Below the pieces are notes generated by a model. That model was not told the origin of the DNA, did no database searches, and saw nothing but the letters and a program-made list of their open reading frames with translations. Below are positions 26,187 to 35,076 of a stretch of 64,000 nucleotides of DNA, in pieces. Position numbers and translations under genes: made by a program. Origin of the DNA: a virus (taxonomy: Duplodnaviria; Caudoviricetes); IMG/VR virus record IMGVR_UViG_3300037418_002332; one strand, given 5' to 3'. Numbering within the stretch: position 1 is the first letter of the stretch; each line of letters begins with the position of its first letter.

Positions 26187-26257
26187 TCTTCTGGCAGTAG
26201 AAGATTCTACTTTACTTCATCTACAATTCAGCTATAATGGTTGTATAAGGTGAAACG
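26187..26257 (+). promoter_or_regulatory. early promoter cassette with upstream stem-loop
   Basis: TCTTCT-ggcagt-AGAAGA hairpin; TTTACT-N16-TATAAT; leader TGTATAAGGTGAAACG as at 5493. Confidence 0.75.
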
Positions 26258-26270
26258 GAAAGTTGCTAAA

Positions 26271-26579
26271 ATGAAACTGCATCTTCGTGCTCTCTCCTCG
26301 AACGAATTTACCTGGAGCAAGGAAAGCAAATCCTTCTCCGCTGAAATGTCCGACTTCCGCGGTGTTGACCGCGATCTCTTCCAACGCATCTATGACGATG
26401 CCTGCGACACCGGGTTCGCCATGTACTCCGAACGTACTGGTACGACCGAAACCTTTTACTTCTCCAAAGAAATATTTTCAGGTCGCGGTGAAGATCGCGA
26501 ACTCGCCGGATGGGAATTTCTCCCCTTGAACAAAGAACTCGCTGACCTTGGTATCAAGGTTGTGATCTTCAACGACTGA
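26271..26579 (+). CDS. hypothetical early protein
   Basis: start moved past the conserved leader to ATG 26271. Confidence 0.65.
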   Translation: MKLHLRALSSNEFTWSKESKSFSAEMSDFRGVDRDLFQRIYDDACDTGFAMYSERTGTTETFYFSKEIFSGRGEDRELAGWEFLPLNKELADLGIKVVIFND

Positions 26580-26588
26580 GGTGTTGAA

Positions 26589-26798
26589 ATGAATGCTCGT
26601 CAATATGTTCGAATCACCAAGCTTGAAGCTCGAGCTATGATCATGCGAATGATTGGTGAAGGATTCAAAGACCATCTTCACAACGATAATTTGGTCGGGT
26701 TTTACAAGTTCGATTTCGTAACCAACAAGGATGTTTGGTCGGACACCGAACTCTGCTTCATCGACGACATCGAAGTTCGTTTGTACTGGAGACCTTGA
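26589..26798 (+). CDS. hypothetical early protein
   Basis: gaggt RBS. Confidence 0.65.
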   Translation: MNARQYVRITKLEARAMIMRMIGEGFKDHLHNDNLVGFYKFDFVTNKDVWSDTELCFIDDIEVRLYWRP

Positions 26799-26800
26799 AA

Positions 26801-27007
26801 ATGGCACGCATGACCTACACCAAAGCAATCGAGTGGATCGTTCTTGAGGACGATATTGAATGGCTCGATGACGAAGATGGTTCGCCTTCGGTGACCGCAA
26901 TTTTTCTGGCCGAAATCTACAATGTTGAGGTAGATCAGGTCACTCGTGCCCTTCGCAAGACTCGCGATCGGTTGAAGGCTGCTGAGAAGGAGAAAAGCAA
27001 TGGCTAG
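26801..27007 (+). CDS. hypothetical early protein
   Basis: ggaga RBS before ATG 26801. Confidence 0.65.
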   Translation: MARMTYTKAIEWIVLEDDIEWLDDEDGSPSVTAIFLAEIYNVEVDQVTRALRKTRDRLKAAEKEKSNG

Positions 27008-27203
27008 ATTTCAGCGTGGTTATTGGATTGTAATGAGCAATTCAGCCGGTGAACTCGACCGTGTTTTCGTCAAGGAAGACAACACTTCCGGCGAAAGAAT
27101 GGCTGAAGCTTTGATCAGAATGATTGAAGACACAGGAACTCTCAATGCTGGAGATTCCTTCACGGTTGTTGAAGGTGAATCAGAGATCGTCAACGAAGAA
27201 TAA
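27000..27203 (+). CDS. hypothetical early protein
   Basis: aaggaga RBS. Confidence 0.65.
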   Translation: MARFQRGYWIVMSNSAGELDRVFVKEDNTSGERMAEALIRMIEDTGTLNAGDSFTVVEGESEIVNEE

Positions 27204-27211
27204 TTGTTAAA

Positions 27212-27254
27212 AACAAAGATATCTCTTTACTCCTTACCAATCATTTAGTATAAT
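27212..27254 (+). promoter_or_regulatory. early promoter
   Basis: ACAAAGATATCTC-TTTACT-N17-TATAAT. Confidence 0.75.
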
Positions 27255-27276
27255 GATTGTAGATAAGGAGTTTGAA

Positions 27277-28767
27277 ATGAAGCTTTTCCCGGATCAGGTT
27301 TCTCCCGTAGCTGAAGCGGTAGCTTACCTTAAAAACCGTAAAAACGTTTTGCTGCTGGGCCCTACTGGTTCTGGTAAAACTGTGATGGGTGCCGACATCG
27401 TACTTCAGATGTCGATGAAAACCGTCTTTATCGTTAACAAAATCACCCTGTTGTCGCAAGCTTATGATACGCTTCGCGCCCATGGGGTGAACGTTGCTGT
27501 GTTCCACAATTCGGTGACTAAGAACGTCGCCGGCGAAGTGATGAACGCTGATTGGGTTAACGCTGACGTTGTTGTAACCCTGATCGAAACCTTTGAAAAT
27601 GCTCAGCTGGATTTTGTTCCCGCTCTGATCGTGCTTGATGAGTGTCACAAATCGACCTCAGCCGGTTATCAAAACTTCCGTGACCGTTGCTCTGAAGCTT
27701 TGGTTCTTGGTTTGACCGCTACTCCTGGCCGCCTGAAGAATAAATCTGGTGAAGCTCTCGGTGAGTGGTATGATGTGATGGTGGTTGCTGATACTTGCGC
27801 CGCCTTGATCGAGAAAGGTCGTCTGGCTCGTCCGGTCTACAAAATTCGCGACGAAAACGAAAATGTTGTTGAAGCTTGGATGGAACTGGTGTCTGGTGAT
27901 GAAAATCGCCGCACTATTATGTTCGTCAAGAACGCTTCTCATATGATTGCTTTGAAGAAGGCTTTCACTGAAAATGGTATCTCGGCTGAATATATCTCTT
28001 CCGGTTCTGACCTTGAAGATGTGAAGGATGAAATCGCAGTAACCACAAATGAGCAGCGCAATGAATTGTTCCGCCGCTTCAAGGCTGGTACATTGGATGT
28101 TCTGATTTCGTTCGGCGTTCTTTGTGAAGGCTTCGATGAACCGCTGGCGAAGTATTGCTTCCTTCTTCGTAAGGTGAGCCACGTTTCGCTTCTTCACCAG
28201 ATGATTGGTCGCGTGTTGCGGTCGGCTGCTGGTAAGGAAAACGGTGTTATCGTTGACTTGTTCGGCAATATCGATGACTTCGGTCCGATTGAGCACTACA
28301 AGTGGGAAATGGACGGCACCGCTTATAAGGAAGCAACGGTTGTTCGTGAAGGTGATACAGTATACTATGGTCACTTCGCCCGCAAGCCGGTTGTTTATGT
28401 GGTTTGCGCTGAATGTACCCATGTGTATGACGTTGCTAAGGAAGACACCTGCCCTTGCTGTGATCGGATGAATAAGATTAAAATTTCGGCTTCCTTCAAG
28501 CAGCTGAAAGAATACTTTATGATGAAGATTGACCCTGTTGCTTTTGCAAGGCATACTCGGTTTGCAAAGAAGGGTGACGAATTCTGGTCGTTTTTGGAAA
28601 TTGTTAACAAAGCAATCAAACTGAATAAGACCCATGAGTTCAACCGGGTTCAGTTTGAACTGTTCGAAGTTGATGGTTCTCTGATTAAGGAATATCGCTG
28701 GATGCAGGTTGCTCTGGATAACATGAGGAAGCTGAAGTCTGAATCGAAAATTGAGTTCGCTATCTGA
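27277..28767 (+). CDS. superfamily 2 DExH helicase with C-terminal zinc ribbon
   Basis: GPTGSGKT, LDECH, TATP, CEGFDEP, QMIGRVLR, CAEC...CPCC; aaggag RBS before 27277. Confidence 0.92.
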   Translation: MKLFPDQVSPVAEAVAYLKNRKNVLLLGPTGSGKTVMGADIVLQMSMKTVFIVNKITLLSQAYDTLRAHGVNVAVFHNSVTKNVAGEVMNADWVNADVVVTLIETFENAQLDFVPALIVLDECHKSTSAGYQNFRDRCSEALVLGLTATPGRLKNKSGEALGEWYDVMVVADTCAALIEKGRLARPVYKIRDENENVVEAWMELVSGDENRRTIMFVKNASHMIALKKAFTENGISAEYISSGSDLEDVKDEIAVTTNEQRNELFRRFKAGTLDVLISFGVLCEGFDEPLAKYCFLLRKVSHVSLLHQMIGRVLRSAAGKENGVIVDLFGNIDDFGPIEHYKWEMDGTAYKEATVVREGDTVYYGHFARKPVVYVVCAECTHVYDVAKEDTCPCCDRMNKIKISASFKQLKEYFMMKIDPVAFARHTRFAKKGDEFWSFLEIVNKAIKLNKTHEFNRVQFELFEVDGSLIKEYRWMQVALDNMRKLKSESKIEFAI

Positions 28768-28789
28768 GGATTAAGAAAAGGAAAATGAA

Positions 28790-29461
28790 ATGATAACAAT
28801 AGCTGTGGGCGATGTCCACGGTTGTTTGGAAGAACTGAAACAACTCATCGCAAGTTTGTCCCAGTATCACAATCGGGACGACGTGCGATGGGTGTTCTTG
28901 GGAGATTATGTTGACCGTGGACCTGACGTTCGCGGCGTTGTAAACTTTTTGATGGAATTCAGTCAGACTAACAACTGTGTGTTTTTGAAGGGCAATCATG
29001 AAGACATGATGCTTGATCCATACAGCCAGGCTGATTGGCTCAGGAATGGCGGCAATGATACGTTGAATTCGTATCCAGATCGCCAAATTCCTCAAGATCA
29101 TATGAACTTCTACAGAAGTTTGGTATTTTTCTATGAGACAGAAACTCACTTTTTCTGTCACGCAGGCGTCCACCCGTATTATCCTTTGGATGAACAAAGC
29201 CCAAATGATTTGCTGTGGATCAGACAAACATTCCTTTATTCTGATAAGGATTTTGGAAAGATTGTTGTTCACGGTCACACACCTCAAGACCTTGAAAATC
29301 CTGTTGTTCGTCCAAACCGAATCAACATCGATCAGGGTTGCGTTTTTGGTGGACGATTGACGGCTGTTGTTCTTGAAGATAAACACGAACCAAAATTTGT
29401 TCAAGTTCAATCAAATTATTCTTGGAAGAAGGGTTTTCTTCTGAAACCAAATAAGGTATAA
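28790..29461 (+). CDS. Ser/Thr protein phosphatase (PPP metallophosphoesterase, PphA/NinI-like)
   Basis: GDVHG, GDYVDRG, GNHE, HAG, HGHT, NIDQG. Confidence 0.92.
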   Translation: MITIAVGDVHGCLEELKQLIASLSQYHNRDDVRWVFLGDYVDRGPDVRGVVNFLMEFSQTNNCVFLKGNHEDMMLDPYSQADWLRNGGNDTLNSYPDRQIPQDHMNFYRSLVFFYETETHFFCHAGVHPYYPLDEQSPNDLLWIRQTFLYSDKDFGKIVVHGHTPQDLENPVVRPNRINIDQGCVFGGRLTAVVLEDKHEPKFVQVQSNYSWKKGFLLKPNKV

Positions 29462-29467
29462 GACGTT

Positions 29468-29950
29468 ATGGCTAAATTGAAATTTTATATGTTGATCGGT
29501 GTTCCTGGTTCGGGTAAATCTACATGGACAAAGACTTTTCTTGAGTCCTCTGACGAGGAATATGCTATTCTTTCTACGGATGGATATATTGAGCGTGAAG
29601 CTCAGGCTCAAGGGAAGACTTACAATGATGTGTTCAAGTCTGCGGTGAAAGCTGCGTCTCAGAATATGGAAACTGATTTGGCGGTTGCCGTCAAGACTGG
29701 ATTGAATATCATTTGGGATCAAACCAATTTGACTCATGGCTCTCGAGCCAAAAAGTTGAAGGAAATTCCTTCTTCTCAATATGAGAAAATTGCTGTGGTC
29801 TTCATGACGCCTCCTGATTTGGATGCGCGCTTGGCTTCGAGACCGGGAAAGACAATTCCCATGAACGTTATCAAGCAAATGTTGGGTTCTTTCGAAATGC
29901 CTACTCTCCATGAAGGTTTTTCGAAAATTATTGTTGCGAGGAATACATGA
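29468..29950 (+). CDS. P-loop kinase (T4 Pnk 5'-kinase-like, AAA_33)
   Basis: GVPGSGKST, STD, DQTN...R, R..R motif. Confidence 0.85.
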   Translation: MAKLKFYMLIGVPGSGKSTWTKTFLESSDEEYAILSTDGYIEREAQAQGKTYNDVFKSAVKAASQNMETDLAVAVKTGLNIIWDQTNLTHGSRAKKLKEIPSSQYEKIAVVFMTPPDLDARLASRPGKTIPMNVIKQMLGSFEMPTLHEGFSKIIVARNT

Positions 29951-30552
29951 ATTGGAATTTAGACAATATCCTGGTTTGGTCGGATGTGCACTTCGGTCAC
30001 AGAAATGTGATGAAGTTTTGTCCAGCCACTCGTCCTTGGGCAGCTGATCCGCTGAACCCAACCGACGATGAGACCAAGGTTATGGATAAGGCTCTGATCG
30101 AGGCTTGGAATAAGCGCACCAAGGGTAAGACAATCTTTATGCTTGGTGACTTTTCCTTTTCACGTGATTCCGAATACAATGCTTGGATTTTCAGCCAACT
30201 GCTGGGTGATAAGCATCTGATCCTGGGTAACCATGATCATTCGGACACGCGAAAGCTGCCTTGGTCAAGCATCAGTAATTACAAGGAACTGAAGGTTGAA
30301 GGGAATCAGTTTATTCTATTCCATTATCCAATCTCTTCATGGAATAACTGCCGTCATGGTTCTTTCCATCTGCATGGTCACGTTCATGGAGAGCATGTTC
30401 CTGGTAAGCAAACTCTGAGAATGCTGGACGTTGCCGTTGATAATGGTTTCGCCGAGCCTATCAGTCTGCGGGAGTGTATTGATCAGATCGGTTCTCGATC
30501 AAATCATCCAATCAAGTGGGAACTTGAACCCACTGCGGTTGTCCCCGCATGA
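29947..30552 (+). CDS. calcineurin-like metallophosphoesterase
   Basis: SDVHFGH, LGDFSF, GNHD, FHYP, HLHGHVH, DVAVD. Confidence 0.9.
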   Translation: MNWNLDNILVWSDVHFGHRNVMKFCPATRPWAADPLNPTDDETKVMDKALIEAWNKRTKGKTIFMLGDFSFSRDSEYNAWIFSQLLGDKHLILGNHDHSDTRKLPWSSISNYKELKVEGNQFILFHYPISSWNNCRHGSFHLHGHVHGEHVPGKQTLRMLDVAVDNGFAEPISLRECIDQIGSRSNHPIKWELEPTAVVPA

Positions 30553-30737
30553 TAACAGACGTGGTGGTTGGAAATGTTTATATTGCCAAATCTCAAGGCA
30601 AGATGATCACTCCAATCACCCGTTACGTTGAAGTCATCTGGGACGATGGTGAGAACATTCATTATCGTCTTGATGGTGAAGACCTAGTCAAACAAACGTC
30701 CAAAATTCGGTTCCTCGAAATTCTCAATGGAGTTTGA
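30549..30737 (+). CDS. hypothetical protein
   Basis: 62 aa, ATGA overlap. Confidence 0.55.
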   Translation: MITDVVVGNVYIAKSQGKMITPITRYVEVIWDDGENIHYRLDGEDLVKQTSKIRFLEILNGV

Positions 30738-31234
30738 ACATGATTGAAATTGTGTCTGGTAATATCTTTGAATCACCTGCTGAGTGCATAACTGACGCAA
30801 ATAATTCAATCGGTGTTTCAGGCGCTGGATTGGCTTTGGCATTTGCTAGACGTTATCCAAAAACCGCTGAACATTATAATAAGTTCAGTCGTGAATGGCA
30901 GGCTCACCACAAGGTTCGGTCAGCTAATGGCGACGACTATGAACCTATTCTTCTACATCCTGTGATTTATCCTAAAGGCAACCAGGATAATTCTGATTAT
31001 GCAATTTGTAAATTTCCAACGATGGTCTTTCCGGGAGAACTAACTAAGGATGAGAACATCGTAAAAAATCTCATCGCATTACGCAATCTTTTACCGTTGA
31101 AACTGATTAATTCAATCGCGCTGCCTGCATTGGGCTGCGGAATTGGACGATACAGTTTTGACCAATTAGAACAAAATGTCAGGAAAATTTTTGATGAATC
31201 AGCAATTGACGTCTATCTCTACAAGCCTGGTTGA
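30734..31234 (+). CDS. macrodomain (ADP-ribose binding/processing) protein
   Basis: GNIF...ANNSIGVSGAGLALAF..RYP, FPT, SIALPALGCGIG. Confidence 0.88.
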   Translation: MNMIEIVSGNIFESPAECITDANNSIGVSGAGLALAFARRYPKTAEHYNKFSREWQAHHKVRSANGDDYEPILLHPVIYPKGNQDNSDYAICKFPTMVFPGELTKDENIVKNLIALRNLLPLKLINSIALPALGCGIGRYSFDQLEQNVRKIFDESAIDVYLYKPG

Positions 31235-32552
31235 TGAAGTTTCCAAGTTTCAAACAGACTTCGTCGCGCATTTTCATATCTGGCTTGCAAATCAACTTAC
31301 CAATAACGATTTTCTGATTGCTGGTGTAGGTACAGTTGCCCTTAGTGCGGCAATGTACCTACTGCGCAATGTTCCATTCTACATTTGGGACTTCCTCAGC
31401 TATCGCTTCACCGTCAAGGTTACGGTGTTCAACAACAATCCCATCTTTTATGATCTCACCAAAGAATTGAACAAAAAGACCATTCAGCTTTTCAGTCGAC
31501 ATAAGATGTTAGACAAATCTCATCTTACTGTTGGCCTTGGAAGTTCGGTGAGTTGGTTTCTTGGTCGATTGGTATTTGTTGAACGTTCTCAAGAAAAGTC
31601 TGATTCCCGTGAATTCAAACAGACTTTGACTCTTGTTTTCCCCTTTCTCACTCACAAAAAATTGGTGAAGCTTTTTGAGAGATTCATTGCTGAAAAAGAC
31701 GTGGCCAATCGTGACACATTTCGAGTCTATTCACTTGAAAACAATTATTTGAATTTCATGAAAACCACTCCAAAACGTCCAGTGGAAAGTATTTTTCTTC
31801 CAAAGGATGTTGTGGATCATATTCATGAACGCATCAATTTCTTTTTGACTAATCGTGATTGGTATCGTAAGCGAGGCATTCCTTACAAATATGCTATCCT
31901 TCTTCATGGTGTTCCAGGCACCGGCAAAACAACCCTAGCCAAGTACATTGCATCATTTACCAATCGCAATATGGTTCTTGTTACACCATCAAAACTTTCT
32001 CGTCTGTCCACCTACATCAGCAATGCTGACAATGACTATTACGATGAAGGCTATGGTGAAGGAACCGAACGGAAGGACGACCGTTATATTGGTTTGATGG
32101 AAGATATTGATTGCGATGATGTCACTCATAAGCGCGAAGAAACCAAAAAGAAACGACTAAATAAGACGAAAGTCGTGGATGAGGATAATGACGACGAATC
32201 TACTGCACCAAAACAGAAAAATATTTTCGTCAATTTGTCTGATCTTCTGAATTCTATTGATGGACTTAATTCACCAGAAGATTTCATCCTTATCGCCACA
32301 ACTAATCACATTAATCAGTTGGACCCTGCTTTACTTCGCAAGGGACGTTTCGACGACATTATCGAAATCAAACCACTTGAAACTCCAGAAATCGTCAGAA
32401 TGATTTCAGTCTTCCGTGAAGACGTTGGAACCAAACTAAACAACCTAACTTTCAATCCTATTCCTGGATCAGTGTTGCAAGATTTAATTCTCCAGCACTT
32501 GGATGATCCTGTTGAAGTGCTGATTGAAAAACTAAATGAGAGGACCCCATAA
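31194..32552 (+). CDS. BCS1-like membrane-anchored AAA+ ATPase
   Basis: N-terminal TM (LIAGVGTVALSAAMYLL); GIPYKYAILLHGVPGTGKT, LMEDIDC, LSDLLNSIDGL, ATTNH...LDPALLRKGRFD. Confidence 0.88.
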   Translation: MNQQLTSISTSLVDEVSKFQTDFVAHFHIWLANQLTNNDFLIAGVGTVALSAAMYLLRNVPFYIWDFLSYRFTVKVTVFNNNPIFYDLTKELNKKTIQLFSRHKMLDKSHLTVGLGSSVSWFLGRLVFVERSQEKSDSREFKQTLTLVFPFLTHKKLVKLFERFIAEKDVANRDTFRVYSLENNYLNFMKTTPKRPVESIFLPKDVVDHIHERINFFLTNRDWYRKRGIPYKYAILLHGVPGTGKTTLAKYIASFTNRNMVLVTPSKLSRLSTYISNADNDYYDEGYGEGTERKDDRYIGLMEDIDCDDVTHKREETKKKRLNKTKVVDEDNDDESTAPKQKNIFVNLSDLLNSIDGLNSPEDFILIATTNHINQLDPALLRKGRFDDIIEIKPLETPEIVRMISVFREDVGTKLNNLTFNPIPGSVLQDLILQHLDDPVEVLIEKLNERTP

Positions 32553-33073
32553 TGGCAGATGAAATTGAACAAGAAGTAGCAAACACTGTACAAGTCGTTA
32601 GCGAACCAATTGAAGTAGAAATTGGTGAACCAATCACCCAATTGGAGCATGATCCTGTGCAAGCCGATTTGATGTCAACTATCAATCAAATTCAAGCTCA
32701 AGATAATCCAATTGATACAAGCAAGGCAATGCTTGAACTTCAAATCCAAATGGAACGTGAAAAAGAAGCAGCAGAAGCAGCAGAACCTGTTAAGAAGACA
32801 CGTAAGCCAAGAGAACCAAAAAAGTCCATTAAAATTCAACAAGTTGAAGTTGAAGATATCAAAGATCATAAGATATTTTCATATTTAAATGAAATTGATG
32901 AATATCAAACCGAATTTGATGTGTCAAAGGAAGATGCTGTTAAATTGGCACAACAACTATTGGGCATTCGTCAAACTGGCGAATTGGATCAGACCACTAT
33001 CTCTGCCCTTGATGCTGAATCAAGTCCAAGAGATTTTATCAATGATTATAGAAACCGAAGAAAGAAGAAGTAA
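32552..33073 (+). CDS. acidic protein with C-terminal peptidoglycan-binding-like motif
   Basis: EDAVKLAQQLLGIRQTGELDQTTISAL resembles the PG_binding_1 repeat. Confidence 0.5.
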   Translation: MADEIEQEVANTVQVVSEPIEVEIGEPITQLEHDPVQADLMSTINQIQAQDNPIDTSKAMLELQIQMEREKEAAEAAEPVKKTRKPREPKKSIKIQQVEVEDIKDHKIFSYLNEIDEYQTEFDVSKEDAVKLAQQLLGIRQTGELDQTTISALDAESSPRDFINDYRNRRKKK

Positions 33074-33083
33074 GGAGAAAGAC

Positions 33084-33227
33084 GTGTTTAAGAACTTTTT
33101 GAAGAATAGACGTGCAATTCGTGCAACTGAGAATGAGCTTTATCGTCTCAGCGATCGTGATCTGCGTGATCTAGGATTTTCGCGTTGTGATATTCCAAGA
33201 ATTGCGAGAGATTCAGTTATTCGTTAA
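33084..33227 (+). CDS. small DUF1127 (YjiS-like) protein
   Basis: aaggag RBS, GTG 33084; 47 aa with RR..R....EL.RLSDRDLRDLG.SR.DI. Confidence 0.88.
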   Translation: MFKNFLKNRRAIRATENELYRLSDRDLRDLGFSRCDIPRIARDSVIR

Positions 33228-33274
33228 TTGACTTTCACTCCGATTTCATTTACAAATGAGCATTGGAGAATTAT

Positions 33275-33586
33275 ATGAACGAAACGGAAAAATTGCTACG
33301 ACGTATTGGTTATTATCGTAGCAAACAAAAATACGGAAAGGGAAACGTCAAAAATCCCTTTCCGGACCTCACCATAAAGACTACATACTCTTTGTCGAAT
33401 GGATTTGCCAAATCAGGCTTCAAACAATCCATAGACGATCATCGATGGAAACGAGATCGAGAAGAATCAAAAGCCACGATTGATGCCATCGAACGCAAAA
33501 AGAAATCAGTAGCGATTGCCTATAACAAAGGTGGATATCAATATCTGCCCAATAAAGACGACGCCAAATACATAGGGAAGAAATAG
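33275..33586 (+). CDS. conserved basic hypothetical protein
   Basis: ggaga RBS; C-terminal AIAYNKGGYQY pattern. Confidence 0.65.
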   Translation: MNETEKLLRRIGYYRSKQKYGKGNVKNPFPDLTIKTTYSLSNGFAKSGFKQSIDDHRWKRDREESKATIDAIERKKKSVAIAYNKGGYQYLPNKDDAKYIGKK

Positions 33587-33808
33587 TTGGAAACTGTAAT
33601 CTACTCAAAACCAAATTGCCCATACTGCACAAACGCCAAGAACCTGTTTGAAAGACTTAACATTCCTTATGAGGAAAAAGTTCTTGATATTGATTTCACT
33701 CGTGATGATCTACTTGAAATGTTTCCTGGTGCTAAGACATTTCCTCAAATCATTTATGATGGTGAATACGTTGGTGGTTTCGCTGAATTGGCAAAGAGAT
33801 TCGGCTAA
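33587..33808 (+). CDS. glutaredoxin
   Basis: YSKPNCPYC, KTFPQI, YVGGF. Confidence 0.92.
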   Translation: METVIYSKPNCPYCTNAKNLFERLNIPYEEKVLDIDFTRDDLLEMFPGAKTFPQIIYDGEYVGGFAELAKRFG

Positions 33809-34137
33809 TGGTTGATACACCAAGAACAACTTTATCTGACGGAACTCAAATTTATCCAAGTCATCGTGAAATCAATCCCAAAACAGGACAACAACAGGGT
33901 TATGTTGTTTTGGCTGAAGAAGAACGGGCAAAAGGATTTGTTCGGCCATTAAGAAGAACTTACACTCATTTGTTTTGCAAAACAGATACAACCATGGGTC
34001 AAACGATTGCTGAAACGTATGCTCGTGATCCATATTTTTACAGTGGAACATTTTGTTGCGGGTGCGGCAAACATTATCCTGTTGGTGAAGATGGCGAGTT
34101 TGTATGGAAAGGCACAAGTGAAAAGGTTGGCACATGA
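33808..34137 (+). CDS. conserved Cys/His phage protein
   Basis: H..C...T.M...IAETYARDP.FY..TFC..C..HYP. Confidence 0.7.
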   Translation: MVDTPRTTLSDGTQIYPSHREINPKTGQQQGYVVLAEEERAKGFVRPLRRTYTHLFCKTDTTMGQTIAETYARDPYFYSGTFCCGCGKHYPVGEDGEFVWKGTSEKVGT

Positions 34138-35075
34138 ATGAAATTATTGAACCACTAGACAATGGAACTTATCAAAAGGCCAAAGGCGGCACAGAAATGA
34201 TGTATGGGGAGCTTATCAAACGGCTCCCTCAACATCTTGTTGATAAGACGCAAATCATTTGTTCACGCATTCGCAATCTTGATCCAACGAAGAAAAAAGT
34301 TTTGTGGCTTCATGACACATGGGATGATCCTGAAAATGAACATCTCAAATATCCTGAATTGCGCAAACGATTTTCCAAATTGGTGTTTGTATCCAATTAT
34401 CAATTCCAGACATATCATCAAGCATATGGCATCACATACGAAGAATCCGTCGTTCTGAAAAATTGCGTTCAGCCATTTACTTCAATCAACAAACCCGATA
34501 TAAATGAGCGTGTTAATCTGATCTATCATACAACACCTCACCGTGGTTTGGAATTGTTGGTTCCGGTGTTTGTGAAGATGGCCCAGTCGAACCCAAAGTT
34601 GCATCTTGACGTGTATTCATCGTTCGACATTTATGGATGGCCACAAAGGAATGCGCCATATGAACCATTGTTTGACATTTGTCGTAATCACCCTCAAATC
34701 GATTACCACGGAACCGTACCAAATGCCGATGTCCGGTCGGCTTTGGAAAAGGCCCACATCTTTGCATTTCCTTCAATATGGCCTGAAACCAGTTGCATTG
34801 CTGTTATGGAGGCAATGGCTGCCGAGGTAGCAGTGGTCTGTTCGGATTATGCAGCATTGTCAGAAACGACAATGGGCAATGCAATGATGTATCGCTTCCA
34901 AGAAACTCCGGTTGCACACGCGAACCTTTTTATGTACGCTCTGCAGGAGACCATCAAAAACCTCACTCAAAATGATCTAAGAAAGAACTTGACTTTTGCC
35001 AAAAACCAGGTTATAATGAATTATTCCTGGGAATATAGGATTCCCCAGTGGATTGAGCTCTTGGAGAACCTTTGA
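34134..35075 (+). CDS. GT-B glycosyltransferase (family 4-like)
   Basis: KGGTE, WLHD, FVSNYQ, YHTTPHRGL, FPSIWPETSCIAVMEAMAA (Ex7E). Confidence 0.9.
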   Translation: MNEIIEPLDNGTYQKAKGGTEMMYGELIKRLPQHLVDKTQIICSRIRNLDPTKKKVLWLHDTWDDPENEHLKYPELRKRFSKLVFVSNYQFQTYHQAYGITYEESVVLKNCVQPFTSINKPDINERVNLIYHTTPHRGLELLVPVFVKMAQSNPKLHLDVYSSFDIYGWPQRNAPYEPLFDICRNHPQIDYHGTVPNADVRSALEKAHIFAFPSIWPETSCIAVMEAMAAEVAVVCSDYAALSETTMGNAMMYRFQETPVAHANLFMYALQETIKNLTQNDLRKNLTFAKNQVIMNYSWEYRIPQWIELLENL

Positions 35076-35076
35076 T

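Noticed and set aside
27658-28635. Long - strand ORFs shadowing + strand genes (also 6465-7025, 8109-8609, 8826-9404, 28760-29410, 29411-30061)
   Set aside because: They lie antisense to well-supported genes with strongly biased codons, which suppresses stops on the opposite strand; no motifs or RBS.
34134-35075. GT4 glycosyltransferase as a T4-style DNA glucosyltransferase
   Set aside because: No hydroxymethylase or other base-modification genes in the window, and the motifs are generic GT4; substrate cannot be assigned from sequence.
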